A stretch of DNA of 64,000 bases, taken from assembly GCA_951406725.2 (NCBI GenBank), contig OX597829.1:46190001-46254000 (forward strand), read 5' to 3'. The position numbers and the translations under genes are program-made. The stretch comes from Octopus vulgaris. Its lineage: Eukaryota. A model generated the notes under the pieces. The model was not told the DNA's origin. It saw nothing but the letters and a program-made list of their open reading frames with translations, and did no database searches. Shown here in pieces: positions 52,928-64,000 of this stretch (its first letter is position 1; every line of letters starts with the position of its first letter).

Positions 52928-53483
52928 CCACCCCTCTCTCTCTCATTTACATGTGGTAATCCATACATACATGTTGAAATGCATGGTACTAAAACACATA
53001 TATGCAGTTATATATAACCGTACGAGCGTACATTGTTTGATACGTATGTACGTATGTGTAGATGTGTGTTGTGTATGTTAGTGTATAAGTATGTACATGC
53101 ATGCACATATGTGTATATGTAGATAGATGTATATATCGTATATGTATGCATGTAAAAAAAAAAGAATAAAAAGAATAAAATAAAGCAAGTTTGAATTTTA
53201 ACTGGTGTCCTTGAATAGAGTGTCATATATATGCATACGTATATATGTATATGTATGTGTATGTGTGTATGTATGTATAAATATGTGTGTATGTGTATAT
53301 GTATAGATGTATGTAGAGATGGATAAGCGTATATGTGTGTATACTTTATTATACGTATAGTTGTGAGTATGTGTAAGTGTTTATATGATTGTGTGTACTT
53401 GTATATATGTATAAGGTTATATGTGTATATATGTATCTAAGACGTTGTATCCATTCACCGTTAGACGATGGTGAGAGGGACAG

Positions 53484-53547
<64 letters not shown>

Positions 53548-54227
53548 GTCTATATAAATGTATATGTGTGTACATATACAACCTTCAACAAGGTAACAGT
53601 CATGTATACAACTTGAACTGACACATATCACTACATAAACATAGACGCAGACACATCTACACACACTCTTCTAAATACTCACATACATACGTATTACATA
53701 GTTATATACATACACACATACATAGTTATATACATACACACATACATACATGTATACATACATACATACATACATACATACATACATACATACATACATA
53801 CATACATACATACATACATACACACGTACATATATATCATGAACTAACTGTTACTTTCTCAGATGCAGCACGAAGTTTTGTCAGTGAACAGGTCGCGGTC
53901 TGAAAGCGACGAAAATATTTTGACAAATTAAATTTAAATGTTGAAGTGAATCTAACGGTTTTTGTGTGTTTCTTAAATGGCTTATAAACACCATCCACGC
54001 TGCAATTATAATATTACATTATATTTGAAAATTTTTATGAAAAAGTTACTCAATACAGCCTTTAAGTATAGAGGGGATTTTTTAAAGGAAAGTCATAAAA
54101 TCTTATATCGAGATGTCACTAACTATTTTTGGAAGATTTTTTTCCTAGTCCGTGAACGCTTTCGATCAACCTTTTCAGGCACGCGCGCTCTTAGTTTAAT
54201 GCATGAAATGACGAAGTTGCTATTTTT

Positions 54228-54279
<52 letters not shown>

Positions 54280-54409
54280 CAGCAGCAGCAACAGCAGTAG
54301 TAGTAGTAGTATTAGCAGCAACAGCAGTAGTAGTAGTAGTAGTATTAGCAGCAGCAGCAAAGTAGTATTAGTAGTAGTAGTATTGGTAGTGGTGGTGGTG
54401 GTGGTGGTG

Positions 54410-54471
<62 letters not shown>

Positions 54472-54474
54472 AGT
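54228..54474. repeat. (TAG)n/(CAG)n/(TGG)n compound repeat
   Basis: Direct reading. Confidence 0.95.
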
Positions 54475-54768
54475 AATTATTTCCGGTTTATTTTCGGACT
54501 TAAGGTTTTCATGATTTATTCTTCCCCTGTCGTTCATAGTTAGTCATAAATATTCTTTTGCCATTGTTTATTCTATGGAGTGTTGGCTATTTTCGGTTCG
54601 ATTTCGGATTTAGAATTGTTATATAGTATTCTTCTTTTGCCTTTCCTACTTGAATATTTTCATCGTTCGTTTTCGTTAAAAAGGGGAATATTTTAAATTT
54701 CCCGTTTGCACAGATATCTACACCTTCACTAGATGGTACATTCGTAAGAGATTAATCCCTAATCTGTT

Positions 54769-54770
<2 letters not shown>

Positions 54771-54861
<91 letters not shown>

Positions 54862-55080
54862 GTGAGTTTGTGCCCGTGCACCCGTGCGCGCTTGTCCACT
54901 GCCTGAAAGCCAGCGTTAGTTTGTTTACATCTCTGTAACGTAGTGGTTCGGCAAAAAAGAGACGGATATAATAAGTACCAGGCTTCAGAAAACTAAGTAC
55001 TGGTGTCTATTCATTCGACTAAATGTTCTTGAAGGCGGTGCCTCCAGCATGGCCGTAGTCTAATGATTGAAAAGGATAAA
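54771..55080 (+). mobile_element. (TG)n followed by the 3' half of a diverged SINE type A
   Basis: Homology. Confidence 0.75.
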
Positions 55081-55135
55081 AGTAATATGTCGAGGAACTT
55101 CTACTCATAATTGTGACATGCATCCTTGGTCTGAA

Positions 55136-55500
55136 TGGCAAGCTGGCAGAATCGTTAGCACACCGAACGTAATACTTAATGGTATTTCGTTACGTTCTGA
55201 GTTCAAATTCCGCCGAGGTCGACTTTGCCTTTCATCCTTTCGGGGTCGATAAATTAAGTACCAGTTACGCACTGGGGTCGATGTAATCGACTTAATCCGT
55301 TTGTCTGTCCTTGTTTGGCCACTCTGTGTTTAGCCCCTTGTGGGTAGTAAAGAAATGGGTATTTCATCCGTCCTCACGTTTTGAGTTCAAATCCTGCCAA
55401 GAGTGACTTAGTCTTTTGAATTTTAGGGGTTTTTAAAATAAGAACTATTTGAGCACTGGGGTCGATTTTATCGACTTGCCCCATCCACCTAGAATTTGAA
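55136..55500 (+). mobile_element. SINE type M: young body followed by an older diverged body
   Basis: Junction AAGAAATG|GGTATTTC at about 55357. Confidence 0.82.
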
Positions 55501-55618
55501 ACCAATGCCTATTCGGGGAAGTTATTTTCTTTGTGAAGTTTTAAAAAGTAAACCTGATAAAAAAACAGAAAATATGACTCGAGTATGGGAGATTTTAACT
55601 AAGCTGCTATGTGTAATA

Positions 55619-56136
55619 TCTATATATATAAAACTGTAGTTGTGTGAGTGTCTGTCCCCTTCGATTTAGATTCCTAACTCCTCCCACATTTTGCGGTGCA
55701 GTTTAACCAAAACCGGGTATCTTATAGTCGTGATTCATATCGAGCCCGTCTGGCTATTAGCGCGCGTCTACGATGAGTCTACGATTTTAAAAATAATTTA
55801 ACATCATTTTTTATTCCATTTTAATGCATAATTTTTCGTGTGTCGATGGCGGCGGAGTTGGCGTCCACGCTCAAACACCGGCACCTGTGTTTGCTTCTCC
55901 CCCTTCTTCCCTCCCTCGTGAAGCTGTGGGGGAAGGGAGTGTAAGGAAATCAATGTCGTAAAGCGTTGTCAAGGAGACCAGCGTTCTTTTAGAACAACGA
56001 CTTCATGGCTTGAAGACACCAAAACAGAAATGGCTAAGAAAGCTCGAATTGGCATCTATAAGGGAAGTAACTCTCTAAAAATGCTTATATAGTTATTTCC
56101 CTTACAAACCCGAGCAACGCCGGGCGATACTGCTAG
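55619..56136 (+). mobile_element. Non-autonomous Helitron
   Basis: A|TCTATATATATAAAA 5' end; CCCGAGCAACGCCGGG hairpin then CTAG|T. Confidence 0.88.
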
Positions 56137-57080
56137 TATTGATATATGGAAATTGATGAGTTGATAAAGGTATCTATTATCTTTTATCTTTTGCTTGTTT
56201 CAGTCATTAGACAAGCGGTCATGCTGGAGTACCTCCTTGAAGAATACTTTTAGTCGACTCTATCGACTCCGGTACATATTTTTAAAATCTGATACTTATT
56301 TTATCGGTCCTCTTTGCCGGATCGCTAAGTTATCGAGAATTTTCGGTGAAAGCTGTTCCCTGTTCAATACTTGTTGGCAATGTTTAACTTTAGCAAAAAA
56401 AGGATGATGAAGATTTTCGTCACCTATGCTGGGGTCGTTAACTGAGAATGTGAAAAAATTCAAATGAAATGAATTAATCCCGGATTTGTTTTAGATTTCT
56501 GATTTTTGTTCAAGGATTAGCTGCAAGAAAAGATGCTAATATATCTTCTCGAATATTAGCAAAATTAGAACAGTACCAAAAGTATTGATACAGTTCTTGA
56601 AGATTCATAGGATAACACTAAACCAAAACACTTTTCAAGCAAGTCGCCTGCGGAACTAATATTTGTTCAAAAAATAAAGTCAATTTTCGACAAGTAAGAG
56701 AAACAAATAGTTAAGAAAAACATATGATACCTTTGATGTTCCAACGTCACAAAAAATCGAACCTAGGTGGAGCAGCACAAGAAAAAAGGGAACAATGAGA
56801 ACGTTTGGAAGTCAATCTCAAAGGGGGAGATGTTGCGACGAGAATCATTGACCCCGCTAGGGGATTGGAAGATTGGACTAGCCGAACTCTTACAAAGAGT
56901 AGCGACAAGAGTTCGGTAGGAGTCGTTGGGAGGGCGTTTTGAAGCTTCGCGAAGTACGTCGTGTGAACACATTGATTTTACCTCCGCTTCGTTAAAATAA
57001 ATATCCAATGTTTATCAAGAATATAAAAGGGACTGAAGGAATCTCTGCATCCAGCATCATCTAAGATTTAAAGTCTCTTT

Positions 57081-57456
57081 AGCACTCCGTCGGTTACGAC
57101 GATGAGGGTTCCGGTTGATCCGACCAACGGAACAGCCTGCTCGTGAAATTAACGTGTAAGTGGCTGAGCACTCCACAACACGTGTACCCTTAACGTAGTT
57201 CTCGGGGATAATCAGCGTGACACAGAGAGTGACAAGGCCGGCCCTTTGAAATACAGGTACAACAGAAACAGGAAGTAAGAGTGAGAGAAAGTTGTGGTGA
57301 AAGAGTACAGCAGGGATCACCACCATCCCCTGCCGGAGCCTCGTGGAGCTTTAGGTGTTTTCGCTCAATAAACACTCACAACGCCCGGTCTGGGAATCGA
57401 AACCGCGATCCTACGACCGCGAGTCCGCTGCCCTAACCACTGGGCCATTGCGCCTC
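57081..57456 (-). mobile_element. SINE type R, intact
   Basis: tRNA-like head with A and B boxes; flanking direct repeat GATTTAAAGT. Confidence 0.92.
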
Positions 57457-58229
57457 TTGATTTAAAGTATCGATATTGTACAATTCTAGGAATTAGCCAA
57501 TGTAAAAATTGGATAATCACATTTCTAAGCCCCAGCAAAAGATGCCTTACTTTTGTAGCTGATTAATTATTCTTGAGTTCATAGCAGACTAGAACGAATT
57601 AATGAATTCACCAAAACCTAGAATTAACTCTAGAATTTAGGTAACTTAAACCATATGACGTCAATAATCTGCATATTCAGATCTCAACATTCACCCTCAA
57701 TACTTAAACACTACTCCAAACATTGAACACGGAAGATACACAAAGAGTTCAACAATAAATGAAGGACGTACATGAACCATTCTAACTAGCATCTGTTGTT
57801 TCAAACAGTCGCAAGTCTAACTTAAGTCGTATTGAACTTTTATCAGCGGAAGCAGAAATAGATAGCCGTAAGAGATATTACAGATTACAATACAAACTGG
57901 TGATGTATAGAAGTAAAAACGGAAACATACGTAAGCGGGAGGAAATACCGAGAAATCAATTGCGGATATTCTGTTTGTAAAACGCTTTACAGAAGGGGGC
58001 GCCATCTCCGGGGTTAAATATAAAAATGGATTCTATAGTGAAATGACAGAAATGCGATGCTGTATTAAATGTATAAGTAAATATTTCCCAAATACAATAG
58101 AACCATTTTTTTGCGTATAGTGTTTGTGCAAAGGTCTCGGTAAAATTGAATGCATTGCAATTTATAGAAAGAATGTAAATAAATATATTAATGTTAAAAT
58201 CAGAAGAAAATATGAAAATAAATAAAACA

Positions 58230-60005
58230 GGCGCAGGAGTGGCTGTGTGGTAAGTAGCTTGCTAACCAACCACATGGTTCCGGGTTTAGTCCCACTGCGT
58301 GGCATCTTCGGCGAGTGTCTTCTGCTATAGCCCCGGGCCCACTGATGCCTTGTGAGTGGATTTGGTAGACAGAAACTGAAAGAAGCCTGTCGTATATATG
58401 TATATAGGAGTGGCTGTGTGGTAAGTAGCTTGCTAACCAACCACATGGTTCCGGGTTTAGTCCCACTGCGTGGGTTTTTCGGCGAGTGTCTTCTGCTATA
58501 GCCCCGGGCCGACTGATGCCTTGTGAGTGGATTTGGTAGACAGAAACTGAAAGAAGCCTGTCGTATATATGTATATAGGAGTGGCTGTGTGGTAAGTAGC
58601 TTGCTAACCAACCACATGGTTCCGGGTTCAGTCCACTGCGTGGCATCTTCGGCGAGTGTCTTCTGCTATAGCCCCGGGCCGACCGATGCCTTGTGAGTGG
58701 ATTTGGTAGACGGAAACTGAAAAGAAGCCTGTCGTATATATGTATATAGGAGTGGCTGTGTGGTAAGTAGCTTGCTAACCAACCACATGGTTCCGGGTTT
58801 AGTCCCACTGCGTGGCATCTTCGGCGAGTGTCTTCTGCTATAGCCCCGGGCCGACCGATGCCTTGTGAGTGGATTTGGTAGACAGAAACTGAAAGAAGCC
58901 TGTCGTATATATGTATATAGGAGTGGCTGTGTGGTAAGTAGCTTGCTAACCAACCACATGGTTCCGGGTTTAGTCCCACTGCGTGGCATCTTCGGCAAGT
59001 GTCTTCTGCTATAGCCCCGGGCCGACCGATGCCTTGTGAGTGGATTTGGTAGACAGAAACTGAAAGAAGCCTGTCGTATATATGTATATAGGAGTGGCTG
59101 TGTGGTAAGTAGCTTGCTAACCAACCACATGGTTCCGGGTTTAGTCCCACTGCGTGGCATCTTCGGCGAGTGTCTTCTGCTATAGCCCCGGGCCGACCGA
59201 TGCCTTGTGAGTGGATTTGGTAGACAGAAACTGAAAGAAGCCTGTCGTATATATGTATATAGGAGTGGCTGTGTGGTAAGTAGCTTGCTAACCAACCACA
59301 TGGTTCCGGGTTTAGTCCCACTGCGTGGCATCTTCGGCGAGTGTCTTCTGCTATAGCCCCGGGCCGACCGATGCCTTGTGAGTGGATTTGGTAGACAGGA
59401 AACTGAAAGAAGCCTGTCGTATATATGTATATAGGAGTGGCTGTGTGGTAAGTAGCTTGCTAACCAACCACATGGTTCCGGGTTTAGTCCCACTGCGTGG
59501 CATCTTCGGCGAGTGTCTTCTGCTATAGCCCCGGGCCGACCGATGCCTTGTGAGTGGATTTGGTAGACGGAAACTGAAAAGAAGCCTGTCGTATATATGT
59601 ATATAGGAGTGGCTGTGTGGTAAGTAGCTTGCTAACCAACCACATGGTTCCGGGTTTAGTCCCACTGCGTGGCATCTTCGGCGAGTGTCTTCTGCTATAG
59701 CCCCGGGCCGACCGATGCCTTGTGAGTGGATTTGGTAGACGGAAACTGAAAAGAAGCCTGTCGTATATATGTATATATATATATATGTGTGTGTGTTTGT
59801 ATGTCTGTGTTTGTCCCGCTAGCATTGCTTGACAACCGATGCTGGTGTGTTTACGTCCCCGTCACTTAGCGGTTCGGCAAAAGAGACAGATAGAATAAGT
59901 ACTGGGCTTACAAAGAATAAGTCCCGGGGTCGAGTTGCTCGACTAAAGGCAGTACTCCAGCATGGCCGCAGTCAAATGACTGAAACAAGTAAAAGAAAAG
60001 AAAAA
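58230..60005 (+). repeat. Tandem array of 9 x 171-172 bp SINE type A heads followed by one SINE 3' half
   Basis: Unit starts at 58235, 58406, 58577, 58748, 58919, 59090, 59261, 59433 and 59605; units nearly identical. Confidence 0.96.
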
Positions 60006-60562
60006 AAGAATACATTATATATATTAATATAAATACACAATACATTTCTTAAATTTCACCGATACAAGTTCGTGCCTGTATCTGGACTGCTAAAATATGT
60101 AAGGTTAAATTTTTATCAATATTTAGCAGAAAGAAAGAGAATTCAGTGAAAAAAATTATTGATTAAATACCAGCAAATGATGCAGTGAAATAATTTTAGG
60201 AAATTATGAAATTATTCGAAAATAGCAGGAAATCAAGGGCGGTCTATCAGTTTGCTAATTAATATAAAAAAAAACCATGCTAATCTTCTAAATTAACAGG
60301 TAATAAGAACTGGATGAAAGAAGAGTTACAGTGTGTAGACCGAAATTCGAGAAAACCAATCATACGGTACTAAGCATTTTCCCCAAACAGCGACAGTGAA
60401 CGGCTATATCTAACCAGACACAATTTTGTAGTCTTTTTGAGCTAGCTTTATGCTCTCGTTCAATATATGCCATACAATCTCGACTTTATCATGAGACAAC
60501 CTGCACTTGTCACTTTCTTTTGCATTGTTTTTTAATTTTCAAGTCTCTGGTTTTAAATCATA

Positions 60563-60946
60563 CTAGCAGTATCGCCCGGCGTTGCTCAGGTTTGTAAGGG
60601 AAATAACTATAAAGCATTTTTAGAGAGTTATAGCCAAAAAATAGCAAAAAAATGGAAAAAACTGATGGTAAATTTTTTTTGAGAGTAAAAAAAGGTGGAG
60701 TTGCGTCCCCTAGACAGTTTGCGGTTTGTGTTTCTGATTCTCGACCCCATGTCGAATTTATCGATTTTTTTCAGAACTGGGGGAACTTTTCAAAATTTTC
60801 GCTGCGTTAGTTTTGAATTATGACATTGGGCTATTCGTGTGTCAAGTTTCATCAGAATCGGTTGAAAGCCGTGGTCAGGGTGAGGGTACAACCTGACAGA
60901 CACACAGAAACACGCACAGACAAACTGCCGTTTATATATAGAGAGA
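60563..60946 (-). mobile_element. Non-autonomous Helitron
   Basis: Same 3' end as the 25480 and 55619 copies with a different interior; minus-strand A|TC start. Confidence 0.85.
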
Positions 60947-60959
60947 TTTCCTTATCCAG

Positions 60960-61160
60960 CGCCAACTCATTGGTATCTGTAGTCCTGCTCAAGTCTCTTG
61001 CAATCCTTACTGAGTTTTTCTTTGTACTCCATCGCCATGCAAATATCTATCACGTCTTTGCCAGATATTCTTATCTGATTCAGTAAGGCTTTTATGACAC
61101 TCTTGATGTAACATCTCAAGGTATTTCCTTCTGAGTATGTTTCAACTTTCACAGGTGATC
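60960..61160 (-). pseudogene. Possible RTE-like LINE extreme 3' fragment
   Basis: YIKSVIKALLNQIRISGKDVIDICMAMEYKEKL weakly resembles RTE C-termini. Confidence 0.3.
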
Positions 61161-61179
61161 AACCACAATAATAATGATA

Positions 61180-61390
61180 TTGATTTCAAATTTTGGCACA
61201 AGGCCAGCAATTTAGGGCGAGGGAGTAAGTCAATTACATTGACCCCCCAGTTCTCAACTGATACATATTTTATCGTCTCTGAAAGGATAAAAGACAAAGT
61301 TGACCTCGGTGGGATTTGAAAACTCAGAACGTGAAGGCGGACGAAATGCTGCTAAGTATTTTGTCCGGTGTGCCAACGATTCTGCCAGCT
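61180..61390 (-). mobile_element. Diverged SINE type M
   Basis: Homology. Confidence 0.78.
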
Positions 61391-61464
61391 AAACATAAAA
61401 GAAACCTCAAAAAAGAAAAAAAAGAAAAAAACTTTAAAAATGTAAATAAAAATAATCATGCATA

Positions 61465-61917
61465 GGCGCAGGAGTGGATGTGTGGTAAGTAGCTTGCTAA
61501 CCAACCACATGGTTCCGGGTTTAGTCCCACTACATGGTACCTTGGGCAAGTATCTTCTGCTATAGCCTCGGGCCGACCAAAGCCTTGTGAGTGGATTTGG
61601 TAGACGGAAACTGAAAGAAGCCTGTCGCATATATGTATGTATATATATATATATGTATGTGTGTTTGTTTGTGTGTCTATGTTTGTCCCCCTAGCATTGC
61701 TTGACAACCGATGCTGGTGTGTTTACGTCCCCGTCACTTAGCGGTTCGGCAAAAAGAGACCGATAGAATAAGTACTGGGCTTACAAAAAAAGAATAAGTC
61801 CCGGGGTCGAGTTGCTCGACTAAAGGCGGTGCTCCAGCATGGCCGCAGTCAAATGACTGAAACAAGTAAAAGAGTAAAAGAGTAAAAGAGTAAAAGAGTA
61901 AAAGAGTAAAAGAGAGT
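61465..61917 (+). mobile_element. SINE type A
   Basis: Full copy with an (AAAAGAGT)5-6 tail. Confidence 0.93.
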
Positions 61918-62051
61918 ATGCAGTGAAACGAAAGTAATAATAACCAATTACTGATATTATTTTAAAAATTATAGTATTACGGAAACAACTCAGCACGGCT
62001 TTGTTCGATCGTTTAGCGAAGAATATATTAAACCGGACTTGTTGCAGTATT

Positions 62052-62454
62052 ACTTTCTACTCTAGGTACAAGGCTCCAATTTTTTTTTTTTTTTTGTGGG
62101 GATACTCGATTAGATCGACCCCAGTACGCAACTAATGCTTAATTTATTGACCCCGAAAGGATGAAAGGTAAAGTCGACCCCGGCGGAATTTGAACTCAGA
62201 ACGTAAAGACAGACGAAATACCTATTTCTTTATTATCCACAAGGGGCTAAACACAAAGAAGACAAACAAGGGCAGACATAGGTATTAAGTCGATTACATC
62301 GACCCCAGTGCGTAACTGGTACTTAATTTATCGACCCCGAAAGGATGAAAGGCAAAGTCGACCTCGGCGGAATTTGAACTCAGAACGTAAAGACAGACGA
62401 AATACCGCTATGCATTTCGCCCGGTGGTGCTAACGTTTCTGCCAGCTCGCCGGC
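62052..62454 (-). mobile_element. Dimeric SINE type M
   Basis: Imperfect TSD GGACTT(GT/TC)TGCAGTA at 62035 and 62457. Confidence 0.85.
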
Positions 62455-62594
62455 TTGGACTTTCTGCAGTACTGGGCAAAATTTGATTTGTTTTTGGTGG
62501 TAGTGTTGGTGGCAGGGGCGTCAGTTGTAGTAGTTGAGGTTGTAGTAGTGGTGTTGTTGTTGGCAGTTATGGTAGACGGCAAAACGATGATATC

Positions 62595-62625
<31 letters not shown>

Positions 62626-62658
62626 TTGGTGGTGGAAGCAATGGTAACCTTGTTGTTG

Positions 62659-62690
<32 letters not shown>

Positions 62691-62709
62691 GGTGGTAGCA
62701 ATGGTAACC

Positions 62710-62756
<47 letters not shown>

Positions 62757-63040
62757 GACAGGGCTGTTAACGAAAGTAGTTGCAGCGTTCACTTCCACGT
62801 CACTCAGGTTTGTCTTTGATGTCTTCCTGCTCATGTCTGTTCTATTAGAATAGGTGCGCGTGCAGGAGATCTTTTTTTTTTTCTCCTAGCGTTTCAAGGC
62901 TACGGAAATGCTGGTCCATGAAAGAATTTGACCAGCGTTCGACAATAAAATTTCTCCAAATTTTTAATGTTGAGAAGAAAAATATATACAATTTAATTAG
63001 GGTTGAAACTGCCCCTAGGGGCCAATTTCTCCCTTGGCCC

Positions 63041-63102
<62 letters not shown>

Positions 63103-63111
63103 GTCTATCTG

Positions 63112-63152
<41 letters not shown>
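63041..63152. repeat. (CTAT)n microsatellite
   Basis: Direct reading. Confidence 0.96.
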
Positions 63153-63153
<1 letters not shown>

Positions 63154-63445
63154 AGATTTTGGCTCGAAAATTCTCCCTTTAAGGATGAATTTTCGGATTT
63201 TAAAACTTTCTTTTAAATTTTAGTTTTTTGGGGAAAATGGCTAGTCATTTTGAGACCAACAGCGTCTCTCTAATCAATTTCGACATTAAATTTCTTTCTC
63301 TACCAATAGCACTAGATAAGAAAGCAAGTATTCACTTTTCACACACACACACACATACACACAATTGAACTACAATGCTAACACACACAATGATACCAGC
63401 GTTCCTACCGAGCAAGTGGGAAAATAAAGCAAAGATAATGAATGT

Positions 63446-64000
63446 ATGTCTAAAACAATGAACGTTGCTGCCACCGCCACCACCGCCACCACCACCACCA
63501 CCACCACCACCGCCACCGCCACCGCCGCCACCACTGCCACCACAACTGTCTCCACCACTGTCACTCTATGAACAAACAAAACAAATTTGCTTTTGTTCCG
63601 AGGCAAAGGATACGACTCGTCTCCTTTTAGACAAGAATTATTAGAATACAAGTCAATTTTAACCAAAGAAGAAAGAACCATAAAATTAAACACGCCAAAA
63701 AGACATTTTACAGGACATTTAAAAGAAAAAAACATAATTTACAAAACACTAAGCACAAAATCAAGAAGACCGGAATATGCTACTCAGCAACGGTGGAGAA
63801 GTCCTTAAGGCCTATATGGCCTTTGTAATATATTTGAAAAATATATTACAAAGGGCAAAAGATTTGGCACTATCGAAGAAATGTTTGATACAGAGGAACA
63901 AGCAAAAGAACATTCCAAAAAACCACTTTAATATGGGGAAATCATCATGATTCCTATATATCTTGGTCGTCGTGTGATGAAAATATAAATTAAAGATGTA
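63446..64000 (+). pseudogene. Decayed ORF, possibly the ORF1 5' end of an L1/Tx1-like LINE; runs off the window
   Basis: Thr-rich N-terminus, then broken frames LLEYKSILTKEERTIKL and KYITKGKRFGTIEEMFDTEEQAK...IPIYLGRRVMKI (RRM-like spacing). The assignment is inference. Confidence 0.4.

Noticed and set aside
56763-57008. GC-richer stretch with short ORFs on both strands
   Set aside because: No recognisable motif or good splice context.
58200-59825. 373-aa and 275-aa repetitive ORFs; CRISPR-like appearance
   Set aside because: Products of the 171-bp (multiple of 3) SINE array; units are contiguous with no unique spacers and there are no cas genes.

Overview
AT-rich, repeat-saturated eukaryotic (animal) genomic DNA. 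The SINE families and microsatellite spectrum fit an octopus/coleoid cephalopod; this is inferred from remembered family sequences, not from a search. Almost all ORFs in the track are microsatellite or SINE artefacts. The window holds about 35 tRNA-derived SINE copies from at least three head types, including multimers and a near-perfect 9 x 171-bp tandem array. It also holds relics of R4/Dong-like, CR1-like, RTE-like and Penelope-like (GIY-YIG) retroelements, four Helitrons, mariner, Tc2/pogo, hAT-like and Chapaev-like DNA transposon relics, and long microsatellites. Three small minus-strand exons (47.5, 32.0, 31.7 kb) splice in frame and probably encode the C-terminus of an unidentified host gene. 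The most distinctive signal is a set of about 9 minimal type I hammerhead-ribozyme motifs from several unrelated families. About half sit inside long palindromes, and one family joins a tRNA-derived Pol III head to a hammerhead-bearing tail.
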